Below, piece by piece: positions 1 through 13,699 of a stretch of 64,000 bases of DNA (position 1 is its first letter; the number at the start of each line of letters is the position of its first letter). The stretch comes from Tubiluchus corallicola. Lineage: Eukaryota > Animalia > Priapulida. The notes beneath the pieces are model-generated. The model worked only from the letters and a program-made list of their open reading frames with translations, did no database searches and was not told where the DNA came from. Location of the stretch: the NCBI GenBank assembly GCA_030141605.1, contig JAQGDQ010000084.1, positions 248,001 through 312,000 on the forward strand. Direction: 5' to 3'. Both the position numbers and the translations under genes were made by a program.

Positions 1-400
1 CCGTCTACATTTTTCGTCAATTTTTGCTGCAGCAGCAAAAGCTGCAAATCAAGTATTCATCCACTTTAGCTTTAATTCACATGACGTAAAGGTGCTTAAT
101 AATTTGATTGCTAATCAGATCCCAGAAACCTCAGAAAACGTGAGAAATGTGACTAGGCTTGGAAGAATTTACAAAAATTGTTTTACACTGCTTGCACTTT
201 TGTAAGTTTTAGATTTTTAGGACTTTTTTAGACTCTAAAATCAGGCATTTTTACTAAGAATCTCTTCACTTTATAAAGACCTCGTAAAACATGTAAAATG
301 CAGGAAATGTTTGGTTTTCGGGGCTCCACCGGGGAAGCTTAGAAGCCCCCTAGTTGACTCTTGTTTCCCAACTTTGGTTCATCGCGGAGTGGCAACCCTA
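1..400. mobile_element. Right-hand end of a putative DNA transposon remnant
   Basis: Ends in TGGCAACCCTA (reverse complement TAGGGTTGCCA), a common TIR type. The other end is not visible. Confidence 0.3.
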
Positions 401-994
401 ACGTGATTTATGTGCCTGTATTTGAATCGAAGAAATTTACTCAACTTTATCATTGTCAAGGGTACATCCTGTAATACTTTAGGCAAACCTGGCACGAGAT
501 TTCATAGCAAACTAATACACCAAATCATAGTAGATAAAGTATTTTTACTTTTTCATATTATTTTCACTGTGATAGTAGAGGAAATTTATTTTTTATACTC
601 CCTTCCTTTCTTTAGAGTTAGAAATATTAAAATTACAATGTCTTTAAATATTTAATTGTTAAAATAGTGCAGAGAATGTCGTTTTTCCAGTAAGTTAGTA
701 ACAGTAAAAAACTAAAATTATATCGATTCTTACATACAGCACGTACAATTAGTCAAAGAAAATATTTATAATTAAGAATCTTATGATTATATACAAGAAA
801 AATACTTATTTTTTACAATTTATACATACTACATGTACATTAATAGTAAATTATGGTAACACAAGAGAAAAATAAATATGTCAACGTAATTTACATGTAA
901 AACAGTAAAAGTGGGAAAAATTTATGCAATATACGTAAAAATAACAATCGTCATTAGCATCAAAGACACGTGCTTCTGCAAGTAAGGACCGCGC

Positions 995-1095
995 ACAGTA
1001 AAAGTGGCACAGGTAAAAATGGCACAGATCAAAATAGCACAGGTAAAAATGGCACAGATTAACATGGTACAGGTAAAAATGGTACAAATGGGAAA
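995..1095 (-). repeat. Short 14-15 bp tandem repeat (AAAATGGCACAGGTA)
   Basis: About 6 degenerate units. Reverse complement of the array at 3298-3461. Confidence 0.75.
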
Positions 1096-1541
1096 ACGTG
1101 CAAGACTTATAAAATATAAGTTTAGAGTTAGCTAGGGTTACTATGAGGGATAAACATTTTCAATAATTTTGCCTCTGCCATGGTAGTTATGCTTGAACAC
1201 TATTTCTCTGTAGCACTAACCCTATTATGCAAAAACTACCGAACATATTTCCACGAAACATTTTTTTTTGCATAAACATATTTTGTTACTCTCAGAATTA
1301 ACAATAAAGCTTTACAAGTGCTTAACTAACTTTTTCTGAGGTAATAAATTAAACTTGACGCACAGGAGAAAGTTCACAAATATATCGTAATGATGCCGTA
1401 GACAAAAATAGTGAAATTACATAGGTAAACTATGGCATTTTACAAGTCATTACAGCGTAGAATATCCAAAGTGGTTTCTTAGTTCCTGTACTTATTGCTT
1501 GTTTCTGTCAGTAGAGCTTTATTAATAGATAATGGTAAGGC

Positions 1542-1964
1542 CAGGGGCGTATTAACCAATAGGCTGTGTAAGCTATAGTCTAGCGCGCCAAAGTTTGAGA
1601 GCGCCACATTTTAAAAGAAATTCTTATTGTCCTCAGAAAATGTGAATACTTTCATATTCATGCAAAAGGCGTATTTTATAACACACCACAGGCAATTTGT
1701 GAGCTCACCGCTTTTATAAGTGCCACATAACGAACACGTATTGCAGTTGAGCAGCTTGCTTGAATGTAATCGCTATACCAAGAAATGTATTTAATAATGA
1801 CCACCGGGAACCTACGTTAATGGTGTTTCTAATACACCAAAAGTAATTGTTCATTCTTCTCATTACATAAATAAACAAAAATTCGCAATAGATAGGAACA
1901 ATATTCACAATGGGCTGGACAGAACTATCAGCCTAGAGCGTCTTAAAGCGTTGATACGCCCCTG
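1542..1964. mobile_element. hAT-type MITE (family F)
   Basis: TIRs CAGGGGCGTATTAAC / GTTGATACGCCCCTG with a perfect 8-bp TSD GGTAAGGC on both sides. Related copies near 9320-9480, 13700-14110 and 41211-41760. Confidence 0.9.
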
Positions 1965-2575
1965 GGTAAGGCATCCCAATCATATATAAGTAATTTCATT
2001 ATTTCAACAGCAGTTAAGCTATAAAAGTTTAAACAAACAAAACTGTATAGAATGTGGGTAAGGGACAAGAAACATGGTCAAGGGGAGTGGTGAAACTTCC
2101 AAAATGGATGTTTTTGTCGTTTTTTTCATAAAACATGACCAAACATTCGTGGAGCACTTCGTAGAGGTCTCAGGCGGAGTGTTGTAGCTTTTTTGGAAAG
2201 AAGAGGACTTGGCTACAAGATAAGGTAGGCTCCAATCGGACAAACAACAACGAGTTAGTTTCAGGCTGCATTTTGAGAAATTTTCACTCAGAAAACTGTG
2301 TAACGCTGTTTGTAACCTTTGCTTGTACACGTATATAGCCTTATGAGCTGACTTAGTACGTAAATACGCACGTTCATTAGTCTATTACCATCGTCCAACG
2401 GCTAAAAGAAATGTATACAAACACTAAGAGGAATGTTCGTGCATTATTGATTGTAATTCTGCTTAATGAACAAAATATTTTGTGAGCCGTTGCTAGTCTA
2501 TATAATACGAATAAATGTTTTTTGCTTGTTTACTTGTTTATCCGTGTTTCAATCAAAAGAATCGGACGAACACAT

Positions 2576-3177
2576 TTAAGAGAAGACAGGATGATTTTTC
2601 ACATACCCATTTTCAAGTATGATAAAAAGTATACATTTTAACACGATTAGTACTGCAAAGGTATATCTGATGATTAAATAATAGATTAAAAACTTAATCA
2701 ACGGCAGGCGAGCCCAACTATTGATAACATCACAAACGCACGTAATTTTCAACAGCAAAAACATTACACAAGCGTGTTGCGCGTGTTTGTGAAAGCGAAA
2801 ATTGAAGTTCAGTGCTACTGTAAGCTATTCAGGGCGTTGTACCAAAATTAGGCTAGTTTTAAGATAAAAATTTAAATTTCATATTTACCGCTGTGTTCAC
2901 GCATGAGCTGTCGAACGTGTGTAGTTCGTCACAAACTAACACACCTGAACTGAGAGGTGTAGCACCTGTTTTTTGTGCAGTGCGTTTTCCAAATGCAGGC
3001 GCTAGTGCACATCTAACTAGCAAATGGCGAAATGCGTGTAACAGCGAAGATGCGTTTGTGCGCTAATAATTCTTTCACGTAAGTCCTTCTTTAAAAAACT
3101 AGTATGTTTCTGTTCAATATTCTGAATAGTAGATTGTTTTGACCTACAATCTGAAATTGGGTCCGGTTTTGCTTTAA
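2576..3177 (+). mobile_element. TTAA-flanked Kolobok-like MITE, family A
   Basis: TTAAGAGAAGACAGGATG...GGTCCGGTTTTGCTTTAA. About 600 bp, with several homologous copies in the window. Confidence 0.8.
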
Positions 3178-3297
3178 GTATTTAAATTAGTAGAGATCTC
3201 CCTCCTACTGAGTGCGTTCTAGTTTCATTGGAGAAATTATTTGCATAAAAAACATATGCCATGTTTTCCATCGCTTCCATTTGCGATATAATTCCTA

Positions 3298-3461
3298 CGC
3301 CATTTTTTCATGTGCCATTTTCACCTGTGCCATTTTACCTGCGCCATTTTACCTGTGCATTTTTACCAGTGCCATTTTTACCTGTGCCATTTTACCTGTG
3401 CCATTTTTACCTATGCCATTTTACCTGTGCCATTTTTACCTGTGTCATTTTTACCTACATT
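3298..3461 (+). repeat. 14/15-bp tandem repeat (TGCCATTTT[T]ACCTG)n
   Basis: About 11 units read directly. It explains the repetitive ORFs at 3212-3669. Confidence 0.9.
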
Positions 3462-3869
3462 CAATGAGAATCAATGCCAATGTCATAATACGATCCGGAT
3501 AATGAGCCGATCTATCACCTCCTACCGAGTTTCTTACCAAAATGATGACGTCACTGTCCAGCATCATCAATTCATCTTATCAGAAACGGATGCTTCAGAA
3601 AGTGCCCTACTGCTGCATATCACGTATTCATCTCAGCTAATTCACAAGAATCCGAAGGCAAAACGATAATTATGTTTTCGTTAACGCTTACAATTAGCAA
3701 CACGAGGCATTGTAAACGGCATTATGTAACATATGTAATGTTTCATTAGTAAATGTTACTGCTCTGTGCATACAAAAGTGTGATATCAGATGTTTATATA
3801 TATTTCTTATTATTCGAGTTTTTGCAGGCGTGATACGTTAGTTCATACTTGCCGATGCCCACGTAATAA

Positions 3870-4240
3870 ACATTTTCACAGTTCTAGCGATTGATGATGA
3901 TCGTGAAGAAGTCAACGCTTAAGTGTACCAGACAACACTGTGTACACTTGACAACGCTTCGCAGCCCATGCTATTGTAATAGTAACAGTTTTAACAGCTA
4001 GCTAGAACCTTACCTAGTTCATTTTTCTTGTTCCCAAACAAGATCACCCTAAGCACAGACTAATTCATTTTTAAGTAAAGACCACGTAAACCAACTGAAG
4101 TTACTGAACTGATGCAGCAGACAACTTCTCTTTACCCACATGTCACGTGACGGCTGTAGTTAAGACGCGTTGCTGTGGTACACTTAACCTTTGACCTACA
4201 GCAACTGCGCGTGCGCACAACGAAACTATGGAAAGGCTCA
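3870..4240 (-). mobile_element. Family D MITE (TIR AGCCTTTTCACAG-like)
   Basis: Reverse-complement homolog of 13290-13660, 18182-18560 and 54123-54736. Confidence 0.7.
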
Positions 4241-4959
4241 TTGAACAAATGAAGTTTTTAATAATTCACTGATTCTTTGTGGGTATCAATTTAAAATTTC
4301 TTGTCACGATGTTTCCTTCTTTAGCATTTCTGTAGTCTGTGAACGTTAAGACTGACCATTCATAAGGCGTCCAGTACAACATTAGCATAATAATGGTTAG
4401 GATTAAGTTCTTCGTTAGGTATTTGGCCTATCACACGTAGGCCTAGTTTCGTCAATAGCATCTTCAACACGTCTGTAACAATCTTAGTCTTCTCTGTGAT
4501 ATCTAACATGCGTCTTGTAACCTCGTGATTCGTTTAGTAAACCACAACGTCGAAATAATGTTTGTATTGCACTTTGCCTACATATTGCGTCATCCCCCTT
4601 TTCCAGCATTACTACGTCAATAGAATATGACGTCAAGAGTAATTATTACGTAAATTGACGACCACATGAATGATGACGATTAAAATGATCATCGCCGAAC
4701 CCTTTCGGTGCGTCATCCTTAGATACGTGTGTTGCACTCGTGTGTTTATACGTTTATGCACTCGTGTGCGTTTATACGTGTGTGCACTCGTGTGCGTTTA
4801 AACGTCATCCTCGTCTATGCCTTCTGCTACGTACACTGCAAAAAAAGAAATTTATTAAATCTCATTTATTTTCAAAATTCTCCATTTGCAGGATAAGACT
4901 GCACTAATATATTTAAAAATACACTACACATTAAAACTCAGTAAACGCACACGTGCATA

Positions 4960-5552
4960 CGGTAGATATAGCAGAAGCTTAGACTCCTTTGCGTTCAACC
5001 TTTTACTTGGCAAAGTTTGTAACTCTTTCCTATATACAGTTGGTTTAGCCAATAGTCATTACTGTAAGTGTCTTACAGATATATACAAACGCCTGAACAC
5101 TTTGTATTTGGCTACCCTTTCATATATGTATAACAAATATATTTATATGCATATAAATATATATATAACAAAGTTAATACACAATGAATATATTAATGAA
5201 TGCGCTTTGAATTGTGGTAATTTTGAAACTGTTGCAAAAATAGCTACATGTTGTACGAAACTATACTTTTTAGCAGAAATTTCGTGAACAATATCAATGA
5301 AGGCTGCACATGCAGATACATCGCGGAAAATATACAAGTGTTCTAAATTTAGTGAAGGTATAACGTTTTGCAAGAAGATTTAGCGTTGTTAGTAATCAAA
5401 GGGTAGTCAAATACTAAGTGTTCTGGCGTTTGTATATCTGTAAGGCACTTACAGTAATTACTATGGGCTAGACCAATTGTATATAAGAAGGAGTTACCTC
5501 TGCCAAGTAAAAGGTTGAGCGTAAGGGATTCCAAACTTCTGCCATATCTACC
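4960..5552. mobile_element. Foldback/MITE with ~160-bp terminal inverted repeats
   Basis: 4960-5120 (GGTAGATATAGCAGAAG...GCTACCCTTT) is the diverged reverse complement of 5398-5552, with a ~280-bp spacer. Confidence 0.8.
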
Positions 5553-5717
5553 AGTTGGCAGACGCAGGGCTGTGAGAGAAGACATCGCATTTTCTATATT
5601 CCTTCCGTTAAAAGACCTCTGAACCAAAGAAAGCAAAATAAGAGAGCAAAATGAATAGATATATCATTCTCTACCATCTGAAATACCCCTTACCTAGATG
5701 CAGAATAGGGGGGAGAG

Positions 5718-5722
<5 letters not shown>

Positions 5723-5764
<42 letters not shown>
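5723..5764. repeat. (GA)n microsatellite
   Basis: Read directly. Confidence 0.95.
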
Positions 5765-5768
<4 letters not shown>

Positions 5769-6284
5769 CTATACACATAAATAAAAACATGATTTCAAAC
5801 AAACAATAAGTCTGTCACGTGACAAAAAACTACAAAGATTTGCAAGACAATCAAAAACTACCGTGAGTTAAATACGTTTTTTTTGGCGTACCGATAAAAC
5901 CACCATGATTTTACAACTTGACTGTAAACTGATTTGCTTCTAAAGAATAAATAAAATAAATTGGCTGCCATAATTGATGCCGTTTCTATAAATAAATTTG
6001 CCTGCAGTGACAAAAGCTGCTGCTAATTTAAACGTACATGATCAATGTATAGTGTACAGTACGTTTCTGCTTAAGGTATGTTTTATGATATACTATAGTT
6101 AAATCGTAAACGTATAAACTACAGCTGTTTATACATTTATAGGCTAAACTTTATGCTAAGCGCAACTATTGTAAAAAGCTTTCGAGGAAAAAACAATAGG
6201 ATTTTAAAAACGTTGAAAAATCAATGACCTCAGTGTGAACGAAGCATTATAAAAATGCTGCAAAAGTTTGAAGAAATTCCTCAT

Positions 6285-6962
6285 CATGCGTGTGAACACA
6301 ATTTTCAGCATCACAAACATTTCACGAGCGTCTGAACACAATTTTCAGTAGCACAAACATTTCATGAGCGTGTGAACATAATTTTCAGCAGCACAAACAT
6401 TTCACGAACGTGTGAACATAATTTTCAGCAGCACAAACATTTCACGAGCGTCTGAACACAATTTTCAGCAGCACAAACATTTCCAGAGCGCGTCAACATA
6501 ATTTTCAGCAGCACAAACATTTCACGAGCGTGTGAACATAATTTTCAGCAGCACAAACATTTCACGAGCGGGTTGCACGTGTTTGCGAAAACGAAAATTG
6601 AAGTACAGTGCTACTGTAAGACATCCAGTGTAATATACACAAACTGGACCAATTTTAAGTTCAAAAACATAAATTTCAAGTTTATTGGTGTGTTCGCGCA
6701 TGAGCTATTGAACTTGTACACAACGTCACAACTGAACAGCTCTGAACTGAGAGATATAGCACCCGTTTTTTTGTGTGGAGATGCAGGCGCTACTTCCCTA
6801 AGTAGCGAATGGTGGAAATGCATAACAGAGAAGAACTGGTGCCGCGAAAGAGAAATTGGGTTTCTGTGGTAATAATAGTACATTCCCTTTCAATATTTTA
6901 TACAGTAGATTCACTGAATTGCTTTGAGCTATAGTTTATTATTGAATCCCCTTTTTCGTTTA
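6285..6962 (+). mobile_element. Truncated family A MITE with an internal 40-bp minisatellite (about 7 copies, 6285-6575)
   Basis: Unit CATTTCACGAGCGTGTGAACATAATTTTCAGCAGCACAAA runs directly into family A body sequence. Confidence 0.8.
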
Positions 6963-6984
6963 AAGAAAAAGAAAAGTGATACCT

Positions 6985-7644
6985 GAAGTAGGTTTCAGAA
7001 AAATCACCTTAAAAAATTATTCTACTTTATAGCAATTTTATGCATGTATCGCACTCGCGTTGAAAGGAATTTTTGTTGGTTTTCATTTTTAATCTTTCAC
7101 AATACTGTTCCGAAGTCATTATTACGTGACGTTATCTACGCAAAAGTAAATCAGGGGAAGAAACGGCAATGTTAAATTATGTCTCAAAAACTTTCCATGC
7201 AAATCTATATTACTTAGCATTTCATTTACCTACTGGTAAGACTTATGTAACTAGAAATAATAATTTTTAAAAAATGTTCGTGCCAATTGGTAAAATGTCG
7301 CTGACTCACCCTCCAGGGTGAGCCACTCACCAGCGAAAGACGTATTTTTAATCTTATTGACAAAATACACTAATTTTAAATTTTACTTAGTAGCATGTAT
7401 GCTACGAATGCTCTGATAATTTTTTCAAATTTCACGTACGTAATGTTATCAAAACTTGTTTCAAATCACTTATCATCAAAATTGCTCCGCCTAACTGTCT
7501 TTGCAGGTCTTTAAATTTGCAAGTTTTATACAGCGTTACTGCCGATGCAAGCCCTATATGTAAAAAGGTAGTACGCAAGTGGTATAAAATTGCGAGATGA
7601 ATTTTTTACACTTTATGTACGTGGAAGGTTTTCTTGTGCTTTAA
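6985..7644 (+). mobile_element. TTAA-ended Kolobok-like MITE, family C
   Basis: Ends TTCTTGTGCTTTAA. Homologs at 20855-21415, 26430-26971, 34800-35067, 40318-40640, 46773-47275, 55480-55860, 58740-59423 and 61170-61492. Confidence 0.7.
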
Positions 7645-8197
7645 ATTTTGTAGACGTTGCACGTATTAGAACTAGTCAAGTCTTCTATGAGGCAATGTCT
7701 GTCGTGACGCTAAAGTTGTCGCTGGGGTGTTTTGGGGAGAGCGTACAATCGACATTGGCAGGTTTATCAGACTGTTTTTGTAGTTGCGATGTTCGTGTTA
7801 AACAGATGAAATCAATGGATGAAAACATCTGTATTTTACTCAAAATCATAGTCTCATAGTCAATCCACATATACACGAAAATGGTAAACATAATCAACAG
7901 TAGTAAACAAAAGTCAAAGTAAATCCATCAGCCAATATATCATGGCAACCGAGTCCGAACGTTATTATAACCACACAACTGTTTAAGCCTATTGCTTGTC
8001 TTCTAATCTTGCTACCAAGTGTGAAAACTACTACATTCACAGAGAAGCCCAGTAACCCAGTTCCATACAAACATATAGCAGTAGCAAGTACATTCATACA
8101 AGGAAACTTCCAAGTGTACAAACAGATGTCAGCACTGACTTTGTGGTAATGAAAAACAAAAGTTTGAAACTAGAAATCAAAATTAACAATAACAATA

Positions 8198-8781
8198 TTA
8201 ACAAAAAATGCGAAATGACATACTTATCTGAGATCTGTTAGAGCTAGAACTGCTTCCCTTCTGGCAAGGATTTCCTCTTTTGTAAATGCCATTCACGTTG
8301 GTAGCCGTTGTGGCCCAGCTGACGTCCGTCTGTTTGGCTTCGTCTTTTCGTGGACAGCCAAACGCGGCCAGGAAGGCCACCCTGAACCTCTTATTCATGA
8401 AACAGTACGTAATCGGATTGCAACACGAGGAACAATAACCGAGAAGGAACAGATATGATATGGCCGTTGGCGATAGCGTGCTGTATGCAGAGTCACTGTC
8501 ATACATTGCCCACAGATTGATGATGTTAATGGGTGTCCAACAGATGAAGAACTCGAGCACGACAGCGAAGAGCATCTTGATGACTTTGCGTTTGTTGGCC
8601 AGAGCTTTTTCAGAGTTCGTTGCTCTCATTCCTGTCAAAGCTACAGTAGCTGACGATCTAGTCCTTGCACCACCAAATGTTATGATTTGCTGTGCACGTT
8701 TGGGACGTTTCAGATTGAAAATTCTCAGCTTCTTCCTGTTCTGCTGTTTATTTTCTCCCTTGGGGGATAAAACTGTCATTT
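8198..8781 (-). CDS. CCK/sulfakinin receptor-like GPCR, last coding exon (ICL3, TM6, TM7, C-tail)
   Basis: KRKVIKMLFAVVLEFFICWTP and YCSSCCNPITYCFMNKRFR match CCK/sulfakinin receptors. Acceptor TTTCACTGCAG|AA is phase 1, matching exon 3. Stop TAA at 8200-8198. Confidence 0.93.
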
Positions 8782-9924
8782 CTGCAGTGAAAATAGAAAC
8801 ATTGATTTCATTAATAAGCATAAATATCGAGGTAAATAAACTAATTAAAAACAAACATACAATTACAAGCGTACTGAAATATGTGGATATTATACATTAA
8901 AAAGTTGAATTTCTGTAGACATGTTACTTTACTAAGATTTCGTTATCTGTTTTACCAACATCCTGTTGTTTTGGTAAGCTGCATATTTTTATACGAAATT
9001 AACTCATGATTATAATTATCAACAACAAATATTACAACAGCAGAAATGCGACGTCAGAGACATGAGCAACAACAGTGTCGACAATGAGGACGGTCCATCA
9101 GAAGTAAATTTCCACTACTCTTGAAACACCTCCACAAAATGTTAGTGTTATAATAGTTTGAGCTGCGAGCCGTTGTCAAATTTACAGAAATTTGCGTGGT
9201 ACACTTAATGCTTGACCTTTCCACAATGCCATCAATTACTAGAAATTCACAATGTCATCAATTACTAGAAATGTGAAAAGACTTATTGTTCTTGTTTGTT
9301 ACATGGCTTATATATAAAGGGAGACAGTAACTGCCTGTGGTGTGTTATAAATTACGAGCTCTCAGCAACTGCCTGTGGTGTGTTATAAATTACGAGCTTT
9401 ATAAGATTACGTATACGCTTTTTCCGAAGAGAATGAGAATTTTTTAACACTGGACATCTAAAATAGGCCTAGTTAATCTATTGTAAATAAGCCAGTTGCC
9501 ACGTAGTAAACTAACTGTCGTGAATAGAGCGTGTGCCCTGGTCTGACAAGTTTTTGAAGCGGCACCACGATCAACACTGAACCTTTCTTTGGTGCAAGTG
9601 TTAAGTTTCCGTTTAGCATAAAAAGGCATCTTGCTTTTTTTGAAATTACTAGTATTTTTAGCATAGTAAACATTCGACAGACGTGCTGTGGTATTAATTT
9701 GATTAAAATTCGCCGCCATTAAGGTTGATAAATATTTATAAAATCCAGTACAGATGTGGCTGCTACAGCAGGTTTTTGATAAAAGTTGCATTTTTTCCTC
9801 GTGCCAAATTTCACCTGAAAGCAGATTTAACGTTATTATAGATTTAAGATTTCGGGGGCGGGGAGCGGGGTGGGGGTGGGGTAAACTTAACAATAGAATT
9901 TTTCTCTTCGGATTCTGTTAGAAC

Positions 9925-10745
9925 GTGGTCTCAAGTGCCCTCAACAAACATGGTCTCAAGTGCTCTCAATAAACATGGTTTCAGGTACCCTCAACAAACA
10001 TGGTCTCACGTGCTCTCAACAAACATGGTCTCACGTGCTCTCAACAAACATGGTTTCAGGTACCCTCAACAAACATGGTTTCAGGTGCCCTCGACAACCA
10101 TGGTTTCAGGTACCCTCAACAAACATGGTTTCAGGTACCTTCAACAAACATGGCTTCAGGTACCCTTAACAAACATGGTCTCAAGTGCTCTCAACAGACA
10201 TGGTTTCAGGTACCCTTAACAAACATGGTCTCAAGTGCTCTCAACAAACATGGTTTCAGGTGTTCTCAACAACATGGTCTTAAGTGTTTTCAACAAACAT
10301 GGTTTCAGGTACCCTCAACAAACATGGTCTCAGGTACCCTCAACAAACATGGTTTCGGGTACCCTCAGCAAACATGGTTTCAGGTACCCTCAACAAACAT
10401 GATCTCAAGTGTTCTCAACAAACATGGTGTCAGGTACCCTCAACAAACGTGGTCTTAGGTACCCTCAACAAACATGGTTTCAAGTACCCTTAGCAAACAT
10501 GGTTTCAGGTACCCTCAACAAACATGATCTCAAGTGTTCTCAACAAACATGGTGTCAGGCACCCCCAACAAACATGGTCTCAGGTACGCTAAACAAACTT
10601 GGTTTCAGGTACCCTCAACAAACATGGTCTCAAGAGCTCTCAGCAAACATGGTTTCAGTTGCCCTCGACAACCATGGTTTCAGGTACCCTCAACAAACAT
10701 GGTTTCAGGTACCCTTAACAAACATGGTCTCAACTGCCCTCAACA
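9925..10745 (+). repeat. 25-bp minisatellite (AAACATGGTTTCAGGTACCCTCAAC), about 33 copies, inside a dispersed repeat
   Basis: Read directly. Its flanks recur with a single unit at about 61560-61945. Confidence 0.95.
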
Positions 10746-11068
10746 AAAGAATCGGCTTTGGTGCTTTTGAGATATTCGCATAAACCCAAGATGGCGCCTA
10801 CCGTGGCCAAAAATCTGTTATCTCATAAACGATCGAGTCTAAGTAAAAAAAATTATTACTGACTGATAGGAATGGGGGTAGTATATTCCAAATGGGGGTA
10901 GTATCTGATGAGGATGGGGTAGTATATGAAAAATCATCCTGTCTTCCTCTAAATAAACCAAATAGTGTCCTTGGTGCACTGTTACATGTCTTAAAATTTG
11001 GACGAAGACAAATAAACTTGATATGCTACTTGAAAATATCAGTTTTTATTTTACCAAAAGTATCTCAC

Positions 11069-11265
11069 CTTGATTTTCACACTTCAGCTCCAATCTTGTG
11101 CTTCCCCAAAGCTCAACAGCTATGAGAGTGTAGGCAATAAACATGACGAGAAGGGGAAGAAAGTAGAGAACTATGGTAACCATTAATGTGAACGCCTCTT
11201 CACTCTTCTCCGAGGGCCAGCGTTCCCGACAGTTGTAACGTCCTCCTGATAACGCTTGATGACGA
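11069..11265 (-). CDS. CCK/sulfakinin receptor-like GPCR, coding exon 3 (ECL2, TM5)
   Basis: RHQALSGGRYNCRERWP...YFLPLLVMFIAYTLIAVELW. Acceptor CATACTTACAG|T and donor G|GTGAGA. 197 nt, phases 2 and 1 are consistent. Confidence 0.92.
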
Positions 11266-11439
11266 CTGTAAGTATGAACAAACGCGTTCTTAAAACACAA
11301 TAATGACGCTGTTGAAAAAGCTGCTCTCAGTACACGTACCGGTAAAGTTCTAAAGAATGAATATATGATACTAACTGAGTATTGAAAGTAGAAGTTTACC
11401 TTATTAACCAATAGATAATGTATTTGAGAGTTAGTTTTG

Positions 11440-12066
<627 letters not shown>

Positions 12067-12134
12067 GGTAACCTTTACTTAAAAACGAGTTTAAACTCAA
12101 TGGACAACACAAGCCACGAGGATTTTGTCGCCGA

Positions 12135-12230
12135 CTGTAAGCTTTTAATAGTACCCAGTCACGACATCGAACTCACTCACCACGTGTCAGACGGAAAACA
12201 GACGCGTTACTCATTACACTGTACAGTCAC
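12135..12230 (-). mobile_element. tRNA-derived SINE 5' fragment
   Basis: Reverse strand has a GAGTTCGA B-box-like motif and similarity to the copies at 35345-35465 and 23168-23350. Confidence 0.5.
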
Positions 12231-13289
12231 TCAAGTCAGCTAAGCTTAATAATGTCACACAAAATGCCCGTACAAGGGTTCATTGAGTTAACACGCATAA
12301 CCGAGAGCCTCACTCACAAGCTATAATTTCATTTTTCCTGGTTGCTTTGTGTTTTACGTTTTATGAAACTCATACAAGGTACACAGTTTCGAGAGCTTTA
12401 GCTATTAGCACGGACTTTCATCTAAGCACCTTTATTATTTCTTAATGGCATTCTTTAGTGCAGGGTAGGTGCTTTTAGAACTTAAATACATCGGTGTCAG
12501 ATTATGTTAGTGTCTTAAGTGTGTTAAGAAATATCAAAGGTGACAAAATGGCGCTTCTTTTCTGGCGGAGTAACACACTTGAGAATGCCTGGTACACTAC
12601 AATTATCTGTTAGATCTGACATTACTTGCATAAAAATAATGCAGTTTTATTATGAGCTGTGCGCATTAATGCAATAATGCATTATAATGTTATAACTGTC
12701 TTAATCGTTTGAATTGTTTCTCCTTAGATGCTATGAGCTCAGGTAGTGTGTATGTGTGTGTGTGTGCGTGTGCGTGTGCGTGCGTGTGTGCGTGCGCGTG
12801 TGTGTGTGCAGTGTGCAGTGTGCGTCCGTGCGTGCATGTTTGTGTGTGTAAACATGTATGTATGTATGTATGCATTTTTGATTGTATATTTTATTTTGTT
12901 ATATCAATAATTTTATGAGATCAAGAAAATTTAATAATAAAACATAATTACGTTAATGACTAACAATTTTAATTAATTTCATGCAGCCCAGTCAACAAAA
13001 ATAATTATTATTGATTGTTTATTACACAGGTGAACAGCGCATGCGCAGCAACGAGCGAGTGTTCTTCAGTTCATTCTATAACCTCTTTCTCACTGTTTAT
13101 TTGACTCTTCCTTTGGTATATTTCTCCTTAGGTTTACAATGGGTGATGGAGACTCCAAGACATTGACCAAAATTGGATTGGCAAGGTTGGGGGGGGGGCG
13201 TTGGGTGTGTCACTGCCTTGTAGATCACAAAAAACTCTAACCTCAACAACTATGATTCTGGCATTTTGTAAACTTTCCAAACTTGCAAT

Positions 13290-13660
13290 AAGCATTTTCA
13301 CAATTTCGTTGTGCGCACGCGCAGTTGCTGTAGGTCAAAGGTTAAGTGCACCACAGCAACGCATGCCAACTACAACCGTCACGTGACATGTGAGTAAAGC
13401 AAAGCAGTTTGCTGCGTCAGTTCAGCAACTCCAGTTGTTTTACTTGGAGTTTAGTTAATTATGCATTAGTCCATGAGTTGAGTGATTTACTAGCAGGATC
13501 TTACTTGGAAATAAGATAAAATGAACTATGTAAGGTTCTAGCTAGCTGTTAAAACTGTTACTATTACAATAGCATGGGCTGCGAGGCGTCTCAAGTGGTA
13601 CACTTAATCCTTAACCTTTTTCACGATCATCATCAACCGCAGGAACTGTTAAAAGGGGTT
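13290..13660 (+). mobile_element. Family D MITE
   Basis: AAGCATTTTCACAATTTCGTTGTGCGCACGC...GAACTGTTAAAAGGG. Confidence 0.75.
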
Positions 13661-13699
13661 ATTCTCAGCATAAAAGCAAAAAACCTTTTTCCGGTAAAA

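Noticed and set aside
2019-2330. Possible mariner transposase fragment
   Set aside because: The resemblance is faint and no catalytic motif is recognisable.
8782-8854. N-terminal part of the 218-aa ORF
   Set aside because: It is intronic, upstream of the acceptor at 8783-8782.
9935-10783. Repetitive ORFs in the 25-bp array, and likewise at 37698-38507
   Set aside because: They are minisatellite artefacts with frame-rotating translations.
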